Source: an uncultured Candidatus Saccharibacteria bacterium
GTDB taxonomy: Bacteria; Patescibacteriota; Minisyncoccia; Phycocordibacterales; UBA2100
Direction: 5' to 3'
NCBI GenBank assembly: GCA_964623775.1
Contig: CAZUVH010000001.1
Span: 106,790-153,744, forward strand
DNA: 46,955 nucleotides
Position 1 is the first letter of the stretch. Each line of letters begins with the position of its first letter. A program made the translations under genes and the position numbers. Positions 45,907 through 46,955 of this stretch are shown one piece after another. The notes beneath the pieces were generated by a model. The model made no database searches and was not told the origin of the DNA. It was given only the letters and a program-made list of their open reading frames with translations.

Positions 45907-46003
45907 GACTGACCTCCTTGTTTCAAAGTTCTGTCCGGCCTTGAGAATATCATGAAAATAAAAACCCGGTCACATGACCGGGTTTTAGAAATGAGCGAGG
46001 GGA

Positions 46004-46510
46004 CTAGTCGACGCCAAAGCTCCACTCGATCGCGCGCCGTTTTTTCGGGGCGTAGGTGTCGGGGTGAAGGTCGTGCACTTTGATCAGGCTTTCGCGCCAG
46101 CTCGCTCGTTTGTCGAGCTCGCTTTTTGTGAAGTGACCAGGATCTCCATCTCGCATCTGCTTTTCCAGCCGGGCGATAATTTTTGCGGCATCAAGGAGAT
46201 CAAGGTCGACTGAGTAAGAGATGACTCCGTCATCGGAGGCAACTTCGCCGACGTTGTGCACGATTTCTCCTGTCATGCAGTCGATAAAGAAAGTGCCTCC
46301 TCCCTTACCACACAGAATCGGCCACAGACCATACTTGTAGGCTTTTCCGTAGTCGTCGCTGTATCCGCCGCGCCCGTCGGCCTGGAGTGCAAGCCAAGGA
46401 ACCCGCTGCCAGCTCTTTAGCTGTAAGCGTACGTATTCGCGGATCTTGACCGCAAGTTTCTTGCGATGCCACAGGATTGAGTTCACGGTGCCTTTCAGAT
46501 TTCCACTCAT
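46004..46510 (-). CDS. Hypothetical protein
   Basis: 168-aa ORF with GGAGGAG SD and a downstream terminator at 45961-45986. Confidence 0.65.
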   Translation of the reverse strand: MSGNLKGTVNSILWHRKKLAVKIREYVRLQLKSWQRVPWLALQADGRGGYSDDYGKAYKYGLWPILCGKGGGTFFIDCMTGEIVHNVGEVASDDGVISYSVDLDLLDAAKIIARLEKQMRDGDPGHFTKSELDKRASWRESLIKVHDLHPDTYAPKKRRAIEWSFGVD

Positions 46511-46606
46511 GGATTTTCTCCTCCATATCTGGCCGCAATGTACAGAACGAGGTATTCGAAAGCAAGTGCGGTCGATTCCCCAACCTCAGACTGGTACAAT
46601 GCCCTC

Positions 46607-46955
46607 ATGCAAGAAAGGCTCAAGAAAGTCATCTCTGAAGCTCTCCAAAAGGCGGGCATTGCGGCCGCATCGGAGAAAATCGCACTCGAACATCCTTCGG
46701 AGCTGACAAACGGCGATTATGCGAGCGGCGTCGCGCTCGCTTTCGCCAAGCAGGCAGGGAAAAATCCTCGTGCGCTTGCCGAGGAGATCGTCGCAGCGCT
46801 CGGATCTGTCGATGGAGTCATAAAGATCGAAATTGCCGGCCCGGGATTCATCAATTTCTATCTCGCACCCAATGAGCTTGCTTCGTCCGTAAACGACGCT
46901 GTCTCGGAAGACATGTGGGGGAGCAATCACGAGCTGAAGGGCAAAAAAATAATGG
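46607..46955 (+). CDS. argS: Arginine--tRNA ligase (3'-truncated by window edge; absent from the ORF track)
   Basis: Manual translation MQERLKK...EHP..NGDYASGVAL..AKQAGKNPRALAEEI...IAGPGFINFYL. Confidence 0.93.
   Translation, partial: MQERLKKVISEALQKAGIAAASEKIALEHPSELTNGDYASGVALAFAKQAGKNPRALAEEIVAALGSVDGVIKIEIAGPGFINFYLAPNELASSVNDAVSEDMWGSNHELKGKKIM

Noticed and set aside
46586-46930. 114-aa minus-strand ORF and other long antisense ORFs
   Set aside because: They lie antisense to well-supported genes (here argS) and have no motifs of their own

Overview
This window is the chromosomal region at and downstream of the replication origin of a Patescibacteria/CPR bacterium. It looks like Parcubacteria: genetic code 11, short HolA, YebC and PolA, and no rplA after rplK. 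Core genes are dnaA (3' part), oriC, dnaN, a class A PBP, ruvC, yebC, ruvB, ruvA, pilB, tsaE, polA, holA, murE, rpsT, ruvX, pilM/N/O-like genes, rplS, secE, nusG, rplK and argS (5' part), plus 7 tRNAs. Single accessory genes are interspersed among them. No CRISPR array, integrase, transposase or prophage module is visible. The most interesting signals are non-coding. (1) Two distant, apparently paralogous unknown proteins (39698-40165 and 44148-44747) each have a leader with tandem GGC-pentaloop-GCC hairpins next to the Shine-Dalgarno (SD) site, with mostly paralog-specific loops (GGGAU vs GUGUC); this is a candidate protein/RNA-hairpin system. (2) Structured mini-elements attached to tRNA ends share covarying stems and duplicate tRNA ends. 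(3) A rod-shaped 6S-like RNA has its own promoter and terminator. (4) boxA-like motifs occur in the leaders of SD-led accessory genes, while core genes look leaderless. All calls were made by eye from motifs; no database searches were run.
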